Notes under the pieces: generated by a model
The model's input: the letters and a program-made list of their open reading frames with translations, nothing else
What the model was told of the DNA's origin: nothing
Database searches by the model: none
Program-made: the position numbers and the translations under genes
Assembly (NCBI GenBank): GCA_049510395.1
Contig: JBEKYY010000001.1
Coordinates: 665 to 64,664, forward strand
Length of the DNA: 64,000 nt
DNA from: Verrucomicrobiota bacterium
GTDB lineage: Bacteria; Verrucomicrobiota; Verrucomicrobiia; Limisphaerales; UBA11358
Direction: 5' to 3'
Part shown: one piece after another, positions 26,807-37,253 of the stretch
How the letters are laid out: each line of letters starts with the position of its first letter
Position numbering within the stretch: position 1 is the first letter of the stretch

Positions 26807-27598
26807 TCAACTTACATACTTCGGCTCGTACACCGGGCCGAGGCCGTGTTTGCGGAGTAGTTCACAGAATTTCGCGATGCCGCGTTTTTCGTCCGAGGCA
26901 AGGTGGTAATGAATCTGCCAGCCGAGGTAATCCCGGCGGAAATCCTCGTCGTATTCCTCGCGGGTTTTGATGAGGTAATCCAGCGTTTCCATTCCGAAAT
27001 CCTTTGTCTCGCGCAGCTCGCGGCACAATTCCTTGTTTTCAATCCCACGCCGCAACGCCCACACGGCAAAAACGAACGGCAGATTTGTCAGTTCATACCA
27101 CGCCGTGCCGAGATCGAAAATTTCGTGCTCGTGTGGCGCGCGTTGAAAATCAATCGCCGGATCACCGATGATTAGAACCGCGTCGTGCTCCGCCGCCTTG
27201 CTCGGGTCGGGCAGCGGCTTGAACTCCGGCTTCAACCCGCGTTCCGCCAGCAGGACCTTCAAAAGGTTCAGGCCCGACAGCGACGCGGTATCGCAGAAAA
27301 CCTCCGTGATGCTTTCCAGCGGACGGCGATGCGCGAGCAGCACGCTGTAAACCTCGCCCAGCGATGCAATGGCAATGCCGTCGAGGATGTCATAGCGATC
27401 GGTGAGCAGGACCTCCGCCGTGCTGACGAGCGCGGCGTCAAGTTCATCGCGTCGAAGCATTTCGGCGAGCCGGGCGGGCGTGGCAAATATGACCTCGCTC
27501 TCGATGCCGCGCGTGAGCGGCACGGCGTTGAGATATTGCACCGAGCCGATGCGGAATTTTGGAGGGTCAGCAGGCGGATTCATTTCATTTAATTGCAA
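26807..27598 (-). CDS. mqnA: Chorismate dehydratase MqnA (futalosine pathway)
   Basis: IGSVQYLNAVPL near the N-terminus and LDAALVSTAE fit the MqnA family pattern. Confidence 0.7.
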   Translation of the reverse strand: MQLNEMNPPADPPKFRIGSVQYLNAVPLTRGIESEVIFATPARLAEMLRRDELDAALVSTAEVLLTDRYDILDGIAIASLGEVYSVLLAHRRPLESITEVFCDTASLSGLNLLKVLLAERGLKPEFKPLPDPSKAAEHDAVLIIGDPAIDFQRAPHEHEIFDLGTAWYELTNLPFVFAVWALRRGIENKELCRELRETKDFGMETLDYLIKTREEYDEDFRRDYLGWQIHYHLASDEKRGIAKFCELLRKHGLGPVYEPKYVS

Positions 27599-27760
27599 TC
27601 GCGCATTAAATGTGTGCTGTCGCCAAACTCTCTGCCAGCATTTTCGACCATCTCAATAATCCCTCTTGCATGTGATTGGAGCGCGAACAGCCTTGTCCGC
27701 GAGTTTGGTGACGGCAGCGCCCGACTTGCCATTCCGGCGTTTCACCGGTAATTCTTCTGC

Positions 27761-28414
27761 GTGAAATTCTTTGGCGAAACCTCCGCCACCGACTGGCAGC
27801 GGCCATCCGTCATTGCCCTCCTGCTGGCCAATCTTGTGCCGGTGGCTGGAGTGTTTATTTTTCACTGGGAGGTTTTTCCTTTGATGTTTTTGTTCTGGTC
27901 GGAAAACGTCATCATCGGCGTTTTCAATGTTTTGAAAATGCTTTGTGCCGCTCCGAAAAACCCCACCGAATGGGCTGGGAAATCTTTCAACATTCCGTTT
28001 TTCTGCGTTCATTACGGTATGTTCACTTTCATTCACGGCGTTATTATCATCAAAATTTTTGGAGGCGGCTCTGGATTCCCCAATGTGGGAACTTTCTTGC
28101 GAATCGCGCGGGAAAATCATCTTGAGTGGGCGATTCTTGGATTTGTCATCAGCCATGGAATTTCATTTGCAACGAACTTTTTGTACAGTGGAGAATACAA
28201 ACGCACCGGCGCAAGCGGTCTTTTTTTACAGCCCTACGCACGTGTTATCGTGTTGCATGTCACAATTATCTTCGGGGGAATATTGATGATGTTCTTGAAT
28301 TCACCGAAAGCAGGATTGTTTTTGCTTGTAGCGCTTAAGACTGTGATCGACCTGTTGGGTCATTTCAATGAACGAACGAAATTTGCTGAACGCGCCGAAG
28401 TAAGAACAGATTAA
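27761..28414 (+). CDS. Hypothetical integral membrane protein (possibly DUF6498-like, uncertain)
   Basis: GTG start and about 6 hydrophobic helices. It contains LFWSENVIIGVFNVLKM. The gene is AT-richer than its neighbours. Confidence 0.45.
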   Translation: MKFFGETSATDWQRPSVIALLLANLVPVAGVFIFHWEVFPLMFLFWSENVIIGVFNVLKMLCAAPKNPTEWAGKSFNIPFFCVHYGMFTFIHGVIIIKIFGGGSGFPNVGTFLRIARENHLEWAILGFVISHGISFATNFLYSGEYKRTGASGLFLQPYARVIVLHVTIIFGGILMMFLNSPKAGLFLLVALKTVIDLLGHFNERTKFAERAEVRTD

Positions 28415-29862
28415 ATTTTCAGCTTCAACTGTGGGAACAAAATCACGTCGCGGATGCTTTCCTGGCCGAGCAGCATCATGCATAAACGGTCAATGCCCAT
28501 GCCCATGCCGCCCGCCGGCGGCATGCCGTGTTCGAGCGCAACGAGAAAATCCTCATCCAGCTTCTGCTGTTCGCCGCCGGCCTGATGCTCCAGCCGTTCA
28601 CGCTGTTCGATGGGATCATTCTGCTCAGTGTAGGCGGGGGCGATTTCCTGGCCGTTGATGCAGCACTCGAAAACCTCCGCCGTCGTTGGGTCGTCCGGCG
28701 ACAGCTTGGCCAGCGGCACCAGTTCCTTCGGCAAATGCGTAACGAACACCGGCTGGATGAGCGTCGGCTCGATCAATTTTTCGAACACCGCGCCGGTGAC
28801 TTCAAAGTCCTCGTATTCCTTGCCGATTTCCGCGCCGAGGTCATGCGCGCGCTGGCGGCGTTCCTTGGCCGAAATGTCAAACCAGTCCGCGCCTGCCTTT
28901 TCGCGCACGAGATCCTTGTATTTCACGCGCTGCCATGGCGGGGTGAGGTTGATGGTCTTGACGACCTTGCCTTCGGCGTCCTTGTGTTCGATGAACAGCG
29001 TGTCGTTCACATTTTCCGCCACGTGACAGACCAGCCCCTCCACCAGATCCATCATGCTTTCGTAATCGCCGTAGGCTTCATACGCCTCGAGCATGGTGAA
29101 CTCGGGATTGTGTTTGCGCGAGAGCCCCTCGTTGCGGAAGACACGGCCAATTTCAAAAACCTTGTCCACACCGCCGACCAGCATCCGTTTCAGCGGCAGT
29201 TCCAGCGCGATGCGCAGATAAAAATTGCAGCCGAGCGCGTTGTGTTTGGTGACGAACGGTTGCGCCGCCGCGCCGCCGGGAATCGCCTGCATCACCGGTG
29301 TTTCGACTTCGACGTAGCCGCGTTTATGCAGGAAATTCCGGATTTCGCGGATGATTTCGCTGCGCATCAGGAAAAGTTCCTTCACCTCCGGGTTCGCCAT
29401 CAAATCGAGATAACGCTGGCGGTAGCGGATTTCGGTGTCCTCAAGCCCGTGCCACTTGGCCGGCGGTGGGCGCAGCGCCTTGGCGAGGATGACGAAACCG
29501 GTGATTTTGACGGAAATCTCATTCGTCTTGGTGGTGAACATCGTGCCCTTCACGCCGATGAAATCCGCGAGGTCCAAGTGCGTGAAGAGGCTCCATTGCT
29601 CATCGCCAAGGACGTTTTTCTGCGCGTAAATCTGCATCCTGCCGCTCTGGTCGCGGATGTCCATGAACATGGATTTGCCCATGTCGCGATGCGCGGTGAT
29701 GCGGCCGGCGAGCGCGACTTCGCGGCCCTCGGCGTAACGTTCGCGCGCGTGCTGGCAGGTTTCGCCAGGGGCGAACCTGTTTTTAAACGGGTCAATGCCC
29801 TTGGCCCGCAACGCGGCGAGCTTGGCCTTGCGCTGTTCGATCAATGAATTCGTGTCATCCAT
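28411..29862 (-). CDS. lysS: Lysine--tRNA ligase (class II)
   Basis: The sequence is LysS-like throughout. I prefer the ATG at 29862 (MDDTNSLIEQRKAKLAALR). Confidence 0.9.
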   Translation of the reverse strand: MDDTNSLIEQRKAKLAALRAKGIDPFKNRFAPGETCQHARERYAEGREVALAGRITAHRDMGKSMFMDIRDQSGRMQIYAQKNVLGDEQWSLFTHLDLADFIGVKGTMFTTKTNEISVKITGFVILAKALRPPPAKWHGLEDTEIRYRQRYLDLMANPEVKELFLMRSEIIREIRNFLHKRGYVEVETPVMQAIPGGAAAQPFVTKHNALGCNFYLRIALELPLKRMLVGGVDKVFEIGRVFRNEGLSRKHNPEFTMLEAYEAYGDYESMMDLVEGLVCHVAENVNDTLFIEHKDAEGKVVKTINLTPPWQRVKYKDLVREKAGADWFDISAKERRQRAHDLGAEIGKEYEDFEVTGAVFEKLIEPTLIQPVFVTHLPKELVPLAKLSPDDPTTAEVFECCINGQEIAPAYTEQNDPIEQRERLEHQAGGEQQKLDEDFLVALEHGMPPAGGMGMGIDRLCMMLLGQESIRDVILFPQLKLKI

Positions 29863-30277
29863 AAAAACTGGCGGCGGGGAAGTTAAACACAAATTAGGGC
29901 TGGAATCCAAGAAGCAAAGTGGGCTGGCATTGCCATGTGGAATTTACCGGTGCTCAATCACCGCATTCCGCATCCATGTCAGCCCATGGCAAGCTACGCC
30001 CGGTTTTGGAGAATGCAAGGGCGGGAAAACTGGAAATTAATCCTGAACTCCGAAGTTAAATTTCTGCGTTGGCGGAGTGCGGCCGTCCCGGCCGCAGCCA
30101 AGTAAGGTGGGCGGCGGTTGGGAAATGTTCCATGGCTCGGATGAAGCCAGTTGCTGCGCCCGAGGACGGGCTCACTCCCACAGGGCCTCGTCCGGCAACT
30201 TCGGAGTTCGGTTTAATTGCTGTCCGCTCCTCCGCACTCCACAACATCGGGTGCAGCTTGACACCGCCGCCAATTTC

Positions 30278-30310
30278 TCCCTCTCCGCCAACGAAGTTGG
30301 GGGAGAGGGA
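30278..30310. repeat. Hairpin repeat on the left IS flank (translates as SP..GEGE)
   Basis: TCCCTCTCC gccaacgaagttgg GGAGAGGGA. It is preceded by a GTGTCAAGCTGCACCC-type block on the minus strand. Confidence 0.7.
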
Positions 30311-30349
30311 CGGGGAGGGCACGGTGCCAACAGATGGGTGACAACAAAG

Positions 30350-31639
30350 GGCCAAGACATAGGTAACAGTTTTTGGTTGTATCTGTTGTTTTTCCGCGGC
30401 TATGCCGTGGAAATATCTCTCGTTGGTCGAAGCGCGTCGTCGCTTCGTGGAATTGGTGTTCAAGGCCCAGGAACCGTTTGTGCAACTTTGTCATCGGTTT
30501 CATATCAGCCGCAAAACTGGCTACAAATGGAAGGAACGTTTTTTGGCCGGTGGTTGTCGCAATCTGCGCGATCAGTCGCGTCGGCCCAAACGTCCTGCCC
30601 ATTCGATTCGAGCCCATTGGATTGCGCGCCTTCGTCAGTTGCGTCGGCGTCGGCGTCACTGGGGAAGCAGGAAAATTCAGGCTTGTCTGCGTCGGCAGTA
30701 TCCGCACCAGAGAGTGCCGGCGGTGCGGACCATCAGCCGATACCTTCAACGCCTGAAGTTGTCTGGGGCGCGCCGCCGGCCTCAGCGCAAAGGACCCCTG
30801 GTAGTTCGGTCGGCTCTGAGTGCTGCCCGAAAATCCAACCAAGTATGGACCGTCGACTTCAAAGGCTGGTTCCGCACACGCAATGGTCAACGAGTGGAAC
30901 CCTTGACCGTTCGCGATCTGTTCAGTCGATACCTGCTGGCGATAGTCTTGTTGCCCGATCAGCAATGGCGACCCGTTCGGGCAGTTTTTATGCGGTTGTT
31001 CGGCAAGTATGGACTGCCCGCGATCATTCGGGTGGACAACGGCGGACCCTTTGCTTCCCGTGGGCCAGCGGGTTTGTCGCGTCTGAGCGCATGGTGGACG
31101 GCCCTAGGCATTCGTGTGGAGTTTATCGATCCAGGCCATCCAGAACAAAATGCTGGCCACGAACAGAGGCATCGAATGCTGAAGGCAGAAACGACCCGCT
31201 CGGTATCGAGCACGATGCGGGCACAGCAACGCCGAACCAACCGTTGGCTACGGATCTACAATCAGGAACGTCCTCACGAAGCTTTGGGGCAGCGCCCTCC
31301 GGCTTTACTATATCGAGTCACCCGACCCCCGAGTGCGCCAAGAGTGGTGCTTTGGAAGTATCCCAAAGGTTGGGACGTTCGCAGTGTTCGCAGCAACGGG
31401 CAGATTCGATGGCTGGGGCGGCTGCGATTTGTAGGAGAAGCTTTCGTCGGCCACAAACTTGGCCTGAAGCGATTGTCCAATGGATGCTGGTCGGTTTATT
31501 TCCGCTCACTTCTCTTGGGCGAATTACACGCGTTGGATGCTGGCGGACTCCGGCCTTCGGCCTACGTCCGCCAGCATCCGACCAAACCCAAACAAGTGTA
31601 ACCTATGTTGTGGCCTCATCTGTCACCTATGTTCTGGCC
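30350..31639 (+). mobile_element. IS481-family insertion sequence (about 1.29 kb)
   Basis: The inverted repeats are GGCCAAGACATAGGTAACAG (30350-30369) and CTGTCACCTATGTTCTGGCC (31620-31639), 17/20 complementary. An extra tandem copy of the right repeat lies at 31596-31615. The element has a single DDE ORF. Confidence 0.75.
30402..31601 (+). CDS. IS481-family DDE transposase
   Basis: It has an N-terminal HTH and an rve-type core with VWTVDFKGW, IRVDNGGPF and PGHPEQNAGHEQ..LKAE. Confidence 0.8.
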   Translation: MPWKYLSLVEARRRFVELVFKAQEPFVQLCHRFHISRKTGYKWKERFLAGGCRNLRDQSRRPKRPAHSIRAHWIARLRQLRRRRRHWGSRKIQACLRRQYPHQRVPAVRTISRYLQRLKLSGARRRPQRKGPLVVRSALSAARKSNQVWTVDFKGWFRTRNGQRVEPLTVRDLFSRYLLAIVLLPDQQWRPVRAVFMRLFGKYGLPAIIRVDNGGPFASRGPAGLSRLSAWWTALGIRVEFIDPGHPEQNAGHEQRHRMLKAETTRSVSSTMRAQQRRTNRWLRIYNQERPHEALGQRPPALLYRVTRPPSAPRVVLWKYPKGWDVRSVRSNGQIRWLGRLRFVGEAFVGHKLGLKRLSNGCWSVYFRSLLLGELHALDAGGLRPSAYVRQHPTKPKQV

Positions 31640-31673
31640 ACGTTCCGAGAGGTGGCGCGTTTAAATTCAAATC

Positions 31674-31713
31674 CCCTCGCCCCAGCCCTCTCCCCGCTCG
31701 GGCGGGGCGAGGG
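31674..31713. repeat. Hairpin repeat on the right IS flank (translates as SP..GEG)
   Basis: CCCTCGCCCC ... GGGGCGAGGG followed by GTGTCAAGTTGCGCCC. It is inverted relative to the left-flank copy. Confidence 0.7.
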
Positions 31714-31795
31714 AGTCGGGGGGAGTGTCAAGTTGCGCCCCACAACATCCCGGACTGCGGATTGACGTTGAAGTCGCCTTTGTTAGATTGAAACC

Positions 31796-33970
31796 GTGCT
31801 GGAGCAGAACATCACCGAGCCTGTCCCTCCCCACGAGCATTCCCGGCGGGTTTTTGCCATTTCCCGACGGATGTTGGAAGCCGGCGTGGTGCTGCTGTTC
31901 GGCGTAATCTTTGCCGCGACGGTGATTTCCTTTTCCCGGAACTCATCGGCGACTTATGACGAGGTGGCGCATTTGCCGGCCGGCTATTCGTATCTGCACT
32001 GGGATGATTACCGGTTGAACCCCCAACATCCGCCGCTGGCGAAAATGCTGGCGGCCCTGCCCCTGTTATGGCGCACGAACTGGCCAGCCGGGGTTGCCCT
32101 TCAGAATGGGGAGGGCCCAACCGGGCCGGAGGCCGACAGCGAATCGTCCCTGCGCCGCGCTTGGGCCATGAGTTTTGAGGACAGCAATGCCTATTATGAT
32201 TTTGGACACAATTTTTTGTACGGCACCCGGCCCGGCGCACTGCCGCAACCGGAGGCAAACGCATCGCCGGCCACGATGCCTCTGGCTCCGGAAAGTTTTT
32301 ACAACCCGGCCGACAAACTGGTTTTTTGGGGCCGGATGCCAATCCTGTTGCTGGGGCTGGGCCTGGCTTTGCTGGTGTTTTTATGGGCGCGCGAATGGTT
32401 CGGATTTTGGGGAGGAATGTTGTCGCTGGCCCTGTTTTGTTTTGATCCCAATTTCATCGCACACAGCGGACAGGTGACGACGGATGTGGGCGTATCGCTG
32501 TTCATGTTTGGCGCGGTCTATTTTTTGTGGCGGATTTGCCGCCGGCTTGAGGCCGCCAGTGTGGTTCTGTTTCTCCTGTTTTTCAGCCTGGCTTTTGTCA
32601 CGAAATTTTCCGCCGTGCTGCTGCTCCCCATCTTCTGGTTGATTGTGTTGGGACGGATGTTTTCGCCGGAACCATTGCTCATCGGGGTGACGGGGAGGAT
32701 GAAGCCGGTTTCCCCGGCCTCCAAGCTGGCATTGTTTGCGGGGCTGTTTGGTCTGGCCTTGCTGGGAACCTACACCGCGATTTGGACGTCGTATTCCTTC
32801 CGTTATTCAGCCGCTAAAAATCCTGAAATGGTGGCGAAGGCTGAGGCGCAAATCCTGCGGGCTGCGAACCTTGTGTCGGAGCAGTCAGGCGGTGCTGTTA
32901 AATCCCGGGTGCCTTATCGCAAGCTGGGATATTTCCCAATCGAGGCCGTCGTACGTGGTTCTGCCGCCACGAAAAAACTTCTGGCCGCCTCTCCGCAAGG
33001 CCAGGTCAACAACGATGACATCCTCAAAATCATGGATAAAGTTCCGCTCGGGCCGGGCGGGAAATTGATTTTGTTCGCCCAGAAACATCGCTTGCTGCCG
33101 GAGGCTTTTATTTTTGGATTTGCCCATGCCGAAATGAAATCCCATGTCCGGGGCACATTCCTGCTCGGCAATTATTCCAACACCGGGTTTCACAGTTATT
33201 TTTTCGATGCGTTCCTGCTCAAAACGCCGCTTCCGGCCCTGCTGCTCATCATCACCGCGCTGGTGTTGAGCCTGTTGAGATGCGGCAAAAGGCGTTTGGC
33301 GCCGATTTTTCTGCTGGTGCCGGCCGGGTTGTATTTTCTGGTGGCTGTAACGTCGCATCTCAACCTCGGTGTTCGCCACCTGCTGCCTATTTACCCGTTC
33401 CTCTATGTTCTGGCCGGCGGTCTGGTTCTGGAATTGGATCGCTGGCGGCGGACCGCCCGGATTGTTGCCATGGTGGTCGTGGTGGTCGCCATCGCGGTGA
33501 GCAGCCGGATCGTTTTTTTCCCGTCCCACGGTTTGAAATGGCAGACCGTGGCCCCACATTATCTGGCCTATTTCAACGAACTCGCCGGCGGGCCAGCCAA
33601 CGGCTTCAAGGAACTGGTGGACTCCAATCTGGACTGGGGACAAGACCTCAAGAACCTGAAACTCTGGCTCGATGCTCATGACATCAAGGGTCCCATTTAC
33701 CTTTGTTATTTTGGCATGGCAGATCCGCGTTTTTACCAGATTGCCCACTACAATATGCCAGGCGGATGCCTGTTTGAGCCACAACTGGGTTTTGACGTGC
33801 TGAAGCCGGGCGGGCTTATCGCCATCAGCGCCACCAACCTGCAGGGAGTTTACCTATCCCCAGCGGAGCATGATGCCTGGAGGCGAATCCTCAAACATTC
33901 CGTGCTGGTTGACACGGTCGGCTATTCAATCTTCATCTACAAATTCCTCGGTTTTGACGGCAAAAGTTGA
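31796..33970 (+). CDS. GT-C fold membrane glycosyltransferase (GT39/ArnT-like)
   Basis: The first-loop motif is SATYDEVAHLPAGYSYL...NPQHPPLAKML, and there are many TM helices. GTG start; an alternative ATG is at 31871. Confidence 0.6.
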   Translation: MLEQNITEPVPPHEHSRRVFAISRRMLEAGVVLLFGVIFAATVISFSRNSSATYDEVAHLPAGYSYLHWDDYRLNPQHPPLAKMLAALPLLWRTNWPAGVALQNGEGPTGPEADSESSLRRAWAMSFEDSNAYYDFGHNFLYGTRPGALPQPEANASPATMPLAPESFYNPADKLVFWGRMPILLLGLGLALLVFLWAREWFGFWGGMLSLALFCFDPNFIAHSGQVTTDVGVSLFMFGAVYFLWRICRRLEAASVVLFLLFFSLAFVTKFSAVLLLPIFWLIVLGRMFSPEPLLIGVTGRMKPVSPASKLALFAGLFGLALLGTYTAIWTSYSFRYSAAKNPEMVAKAEAQILRAANLVSEQSGGAVKSRVPYRKLGYFPIEAVVRGSAATKKLLAASPQGQVNNDDILKIMDKVPLGPGGKLILFAQKHRLLPEAFIFGFAHAEMKSHVRGTFLLGNYSNTGFHSYFFDAFLLKTPLPALLLIITALVLSLLRCGKRRLAPIFLLVPAGLYFLVAVTSHLNLGVRHLLPIYPFLYVLAGGLVLELDRWRRTARIVAMVVVVVAIAVSSRIVFFPSHGLKWQTVAPHYLAYFNELAGGPANGFKELVDSNLDWGQDLKNLKLWLDAHDIKGPIYLCYFGMADPRFYQIAHYNMPGGCLFEPQLGFDVLKPGGLIAISATNLQGVYLSPAEHDAWRRILKHSVLVDTVGYSIFIYKFLGFDGKS

Positions 33971-34021
33971 GAACCACATTGCCCGGACTCCTGCCCATAA
34001 CATTCCGTCGGCGCGATGGCT

Positions 34022-35548
34022 TTACATGTGAAACCAGTTGTAGGCGTTCGGAAAAAGCCGCCAGTCAATGATGGTTTCCGAAATCAGCATGAATAAAATC
34101 ATGCCGATCAACACCAGCGGACGGATCCAACTGTTTTTCACGCGGCACAATGCGCAGTCGAGTCCGTAAAGGTAGAGCAGCAAAAAAGGAATCAGCGCGC
34201 CGAGCATCAGCCGGCCGGACGTGAAATACGGGTGCGCGCGCGACGGATAAAAGCAGTCCTGAAAATCGTAGAGGATGGACAAAAATCCCAGAAACACCAC
34301 GGTCGCAATAAAACTCCCGAAGCCGAACCAAAGCGCCTGTCGCTGCGATGTGGTCGCAGAACGTGAAACCAGCGCGATCACCGCCACCCCGACAAAGCCG
34401 ATGGAGGAAATGGCGTAAATCGCGTCCACGAACGGCGAGGCCAGCGGCTGGCGATGCCGGAGAAACTCTCCCTGCCAGAACGTTGCCATGAGGCCCGACA
34501 CAAAGGTCCACAAACCATGCGGCGTGAAAATCGGATGATGCCACCATTCGCCGAACGATTTGGTCGTCCAACCGAGAAACTGGATCTTGGCCGCCGTGCC
34601 GGTGAAATCGCCGAAGGTGTGCTTGCACCACGCCAGCCAGGCAATCATCGGCAGGCCCGCGCACAACGCCAGTGCCGCCAGCGACGGTCCGGCGGCGCGC
34701 AATTTCCCCGACCTGGCCAGACATCCAATTTTGAACAGCACCACCAGGCCGGACACGGCCAAGAGGGGCAGGTTGCTGATTTTGGTCAGGAACGCCGCCG
34801 CGAGCGCCAGCCCGGTGAGTATTCCGAGCCGGACACCCGGAATTTCCGCGCGCAACAATCGCACCAGCAAAATGAACGCCGCGCCGAAAACCAGCGGTGA
34901 CAGAACGTCGTTTTGAATGGAATAAAAGGCGCTTTGCGGGATGAAGGCCAGCAGCGCCGGAACGCCGAGCCGCAAAAAGTGGCGCCCGGGAAAAACCAGC
35001 CGTGCAGCGGCAAAGCCCATCCACACGAGGATGGCAACGACCAGCAGGTTCAGAAAACGAAGCCAATAGAGCAAACGACCGTCATGAAATCCGCACACCT
35101 TTCCCAGCCGCCACCACAAAGCCGCGAGCGTATAATATAGCGGCGGCTGTGCCGCTTCATAATTCGTCACTGCCCGCCACGCCGCCGTCTTTGCGACCAG
35201 CGCCGGGCGGACTTTTTCCAAGGGCTGCGTCCACGGTGGCGGTGGGAATTGTCCATCGGGGTAATTGGTTGGAATTCCCACATACTCCGGCGAGCCGTAC
35301 AATGTGGTGTAAGGCACCACCTCGGTGGATACCGGCTCCAACGAACGCGGGATGTGTCCTTGCGAATACTTGACCGCCAGATCAAAGTGGATTTGCTCGT
35401 CCACGTTGCTGAAAAACGGGGCCGCCGCCGAAAAAACAAAAACGTGAACCGCGGCAAACAGGCACAGCAGCCAGACGATTCTGCGCTCTGGCGATTCAGA
35501 AAAAGTGGCGGGCGGATTGGAATCGGCGGCGTTCACACCATTTTGCAT
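34022..35548 (-). CDS. Putative GT-C type membrane glycosyltransferase
   Basis: 508 aa, polytopic, with the first-loop acidic motif NVDEQIHFD. Confidence 0.45.
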   Translation of the reverse strand: MQNGVNAADSNPPATFSESPERRIVWLLCLFAAVHVFVFSAAAPFFSNVDEQIHFDLAVKYSQGHIPRSLEPVSTEVVPYTTLYGSPEYVGIPTNYPDGQFPPPPWTQPLEKVRPALVAKTAAWRAVTNYEAAQPPLYYTLAALWWRLGKVCGFHDGRLLYWLRFLNLLVVAILVWMGFAAARLVFPGRHFLRLGVPALLAFIPQSAFYSIQNDVLSPLVFGAAFILLVRLLRAEIPGVRLGILTGLALAAAFLTKISNLPLLAVSGLVVLFKIGCLARSGKLRAAGPSLAALALCAGLPMIAWLAWCKHTFGDFTGTAAKIQFLGWTTKSFGEWWHHPIFTPHGLWTFVSGLMATFWQGEFLRHRQPLASPFVDAIYAISSIGFVGVAVIALVSRSATTSQRQALWFGFGSFIATVVFLGFLSILYDFQDCFYPSRAHPYFTSGRLMLGALIPFLLLYLYGLDCALCRVKNSWIRPLVLIGMILFMLISETIIDWRLFPNAYNWFHM

Positions 35549-35696
35549 TGCGCGGTCAAATTAAAGCACGCGCGGCAAATCACAAGCCCAGGCCGCAAGG
35601 ATGTTCGCTGCGATCAAACCCGTCACCCGACCGCCAGGTCCATCGTCCCCCGTCCCCACCCGACCCGTTTTCCTCATTGACTCCCGCCCGGCCCTT

Positions 35697-36851
35697 TCAC
35701 AATGCCTGCTCCAGAATTTCAGCCAATTCCTCCGGTGTGAGCACGATGGGATTTGCTTTCATGCTGCTTGCGTTCGCGGCTTTGACGGCCAAATCGGCGA
35801 TGTGTGTTTGTTGAATTCCAAAACTGCCGAGGCGCGGAACTTTCAAATCGGTGACGAGTGCGCGAACCCATTTCACGCCGTCGTCGGCCCTGGCCTGTGA
35901 ATCGCCGGCGAGCCACCATGCCGCCTCGTCGTAACGATGCAATGCTGCACCGTGCGGATCACGCTGGCGTAGTGCGCGGAGATTCATCGCCATCACGTGG
36001 GGCAGCAACGCCGCGCAAGTCGCGCCATGCGGCGCGGAAAAACTGCCGCCAATCGGCCCGGCGAAACCATGCACCGCACCCAGCCCGGCATTGCTCAAAG
36101 CGAGCCCGCCGAACAAACTCGCCACGGCCATGTCTTCCCGTGCGTCCTTGTCCTGCCCCTTGCTGAACGCCACGCGCAACGACCGCGCCGCGCGGCGCAG
36201 CCCCTCGACGCATAATCCGTCGGTCATCGGGTTGGCGCGATTACAGACAAATGGCTCAATGAGTTGCGTCAGGGCGTCAAGCCCGGTGCTGGCGGTGAGC
36301 GCGGGCGGCAAGTCGTAGGTCAATTCAGGATCCACCACCGCAACCCGGGCGAGCATCAGCGGACTGCGCAGACTGACTTTCAATCCGTGTTCCGGCGAAG
36401 CCAGCACGGCGTTGCGCGTCACTTCCGCACCCGTGCCCGCCGTTGTCGGAATCGCGATGAATGGCGCGGATGGTTTGGCCAGCGGCTGGCCGCGTCCGAT
36501 GATTTCGACGTAATCCAGCAGTTCGCCGTCGTTGGTCAGCATCGCGGCAATGGCCTTGGCCGTGTCAATCGCGCTGCCGCCGCCAAAACCAATCACCAGT
36601 TCGCAACGCTCCGCCTTCGCCAGCTTCACGCCTTGTTCCACGGTTGCCAGTTCCGGCCCTCCTGCGACGGAAAAAGTTGTCGCGCTCGCGCCTGCGGATC
36701 GCAAGCCGGCCAGCACTCGTTCCGCGCGACGCGCGTCACGCCCGGTCACGACCAGTGCCCGCCGGCCAAAATCCCTGGCGATGGCGCCGGCATCATTGAC
36801 CACGCCCGCACCGAAGACGATGCGCGTGGCGGTGGCAAATTCAAAGCGCAT
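35697..36851 (-). CDS. Iron-containing alcohol dehydrogenase
   Basis: It has the GFGGGSAIDTAK and PTTAGTGAE motifs. I set the start at ATG 36851 (MRFEFATATRIVFG) because the ORF-track extension is repeat-encoded. Confidence 0.8.
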   Translation of the reverse strand: MRFEFATATRIVFGAGVVNDAGAIARDFGRRALVVTGRDARRAERVLAGLRSAGASATTFSVAGGPELATVEQGVKLAKAERCELVIGFGGGSAIDTAKAIAAMLTNDGELLDYVEIIGRGQPLAKPSAPFIAIPTTAGTGAEVTRNAVLASPEHGLKVSLRSPLMLARVAVVDPELTYDLPPALTASTGLDALTQLIEPFVCNRANPMTDGLCVEGLRRAARSLRVAFSKGQDKDAREDMAVASLFGGLALSNAGLGAVHGFAGPIGGSFSAPHGATCAALLPHVMAMNLRALRQRDPHGAALHRYDEAAWWLAGDSQARADDGVKWVRALVTDLKVPRLGSFGIQQTHIADLAVKAANASSMKANPIVLTPEELAEILEQAL

Positions 36852-36865
36852 GACGGTTCTTAATT

Positions 36866-36943
36866 GGTAGGGCGCGATGTCCTCATCGCGCCGCGGTATA
36901 AAACGCACACCCAAGCGGCGGGCTGAGGACAGCCCGCCCTACC
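36866..36943. repeat. GGTAGGGCG...CGCCCTACC palindromic element
   Basis: GGTAGGGCGCGATGTCCTCATCGCGCCGC ... GCGGCGGGCTGAGGACAGCCCGCCCTACC. The right arm contains the stop codon of the 36939 gene. Confidence 0.8.
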
Positions 36944-37253
36944 TGATTTGCCATTCTCCATCATTGGGGAAAAAATTGTTGAACTTCACGCTGAAGCGCG
37001 GCTCGGCCATCATGGGCGCAACTGCATCCCGCCAGACCGGGTAATGCTTCGTTTCCTTGTGCGCGGCGGCGGCATTCGCATCCCGATAAACCTCCACCAG
37101 CACAAAGCGCGTCGGGTCATCCTGCTGCTGGACGGCGTCGAAGCGCGCGACGCCCGGCTCTTTCAAACTCTCTCGCACATTGGCGAGTGTCGCCTGTTTG
37201 AAAGCCTCCACCCACTCCGGCTTGACATGAACATGGACATGAACAACGAGCAT
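36939..37253 (-). CDS. ABM-domain (antibiotic biosynthesis monooxygenase-like) protein
   Basis: It starts [19 protein letters not shown] and is about 104 aa, a typical ABM size and pattern. Confidence 0.6.
   Translation of the reverse strand: MLVVHVHVHVKPEWVEAFKQATLANVRESLKEPGVARFDAVQQQDDPTRFVLVEVYRDANAAAAHKETKHYPVWRDAVAPMMAEPRFSVKFNNFFPNDGEWQIR

Noticed and set aside
30077-31765. 562-aa ORF spanning the IS and its flanks.
   Set aside because: It overlaps the transposase in another frame and runs through the repeat flanks. Its composition is Ser/Arg/Pro-rich and unstructured. The 30402-31601 frame carries the DDE/rve motifs.
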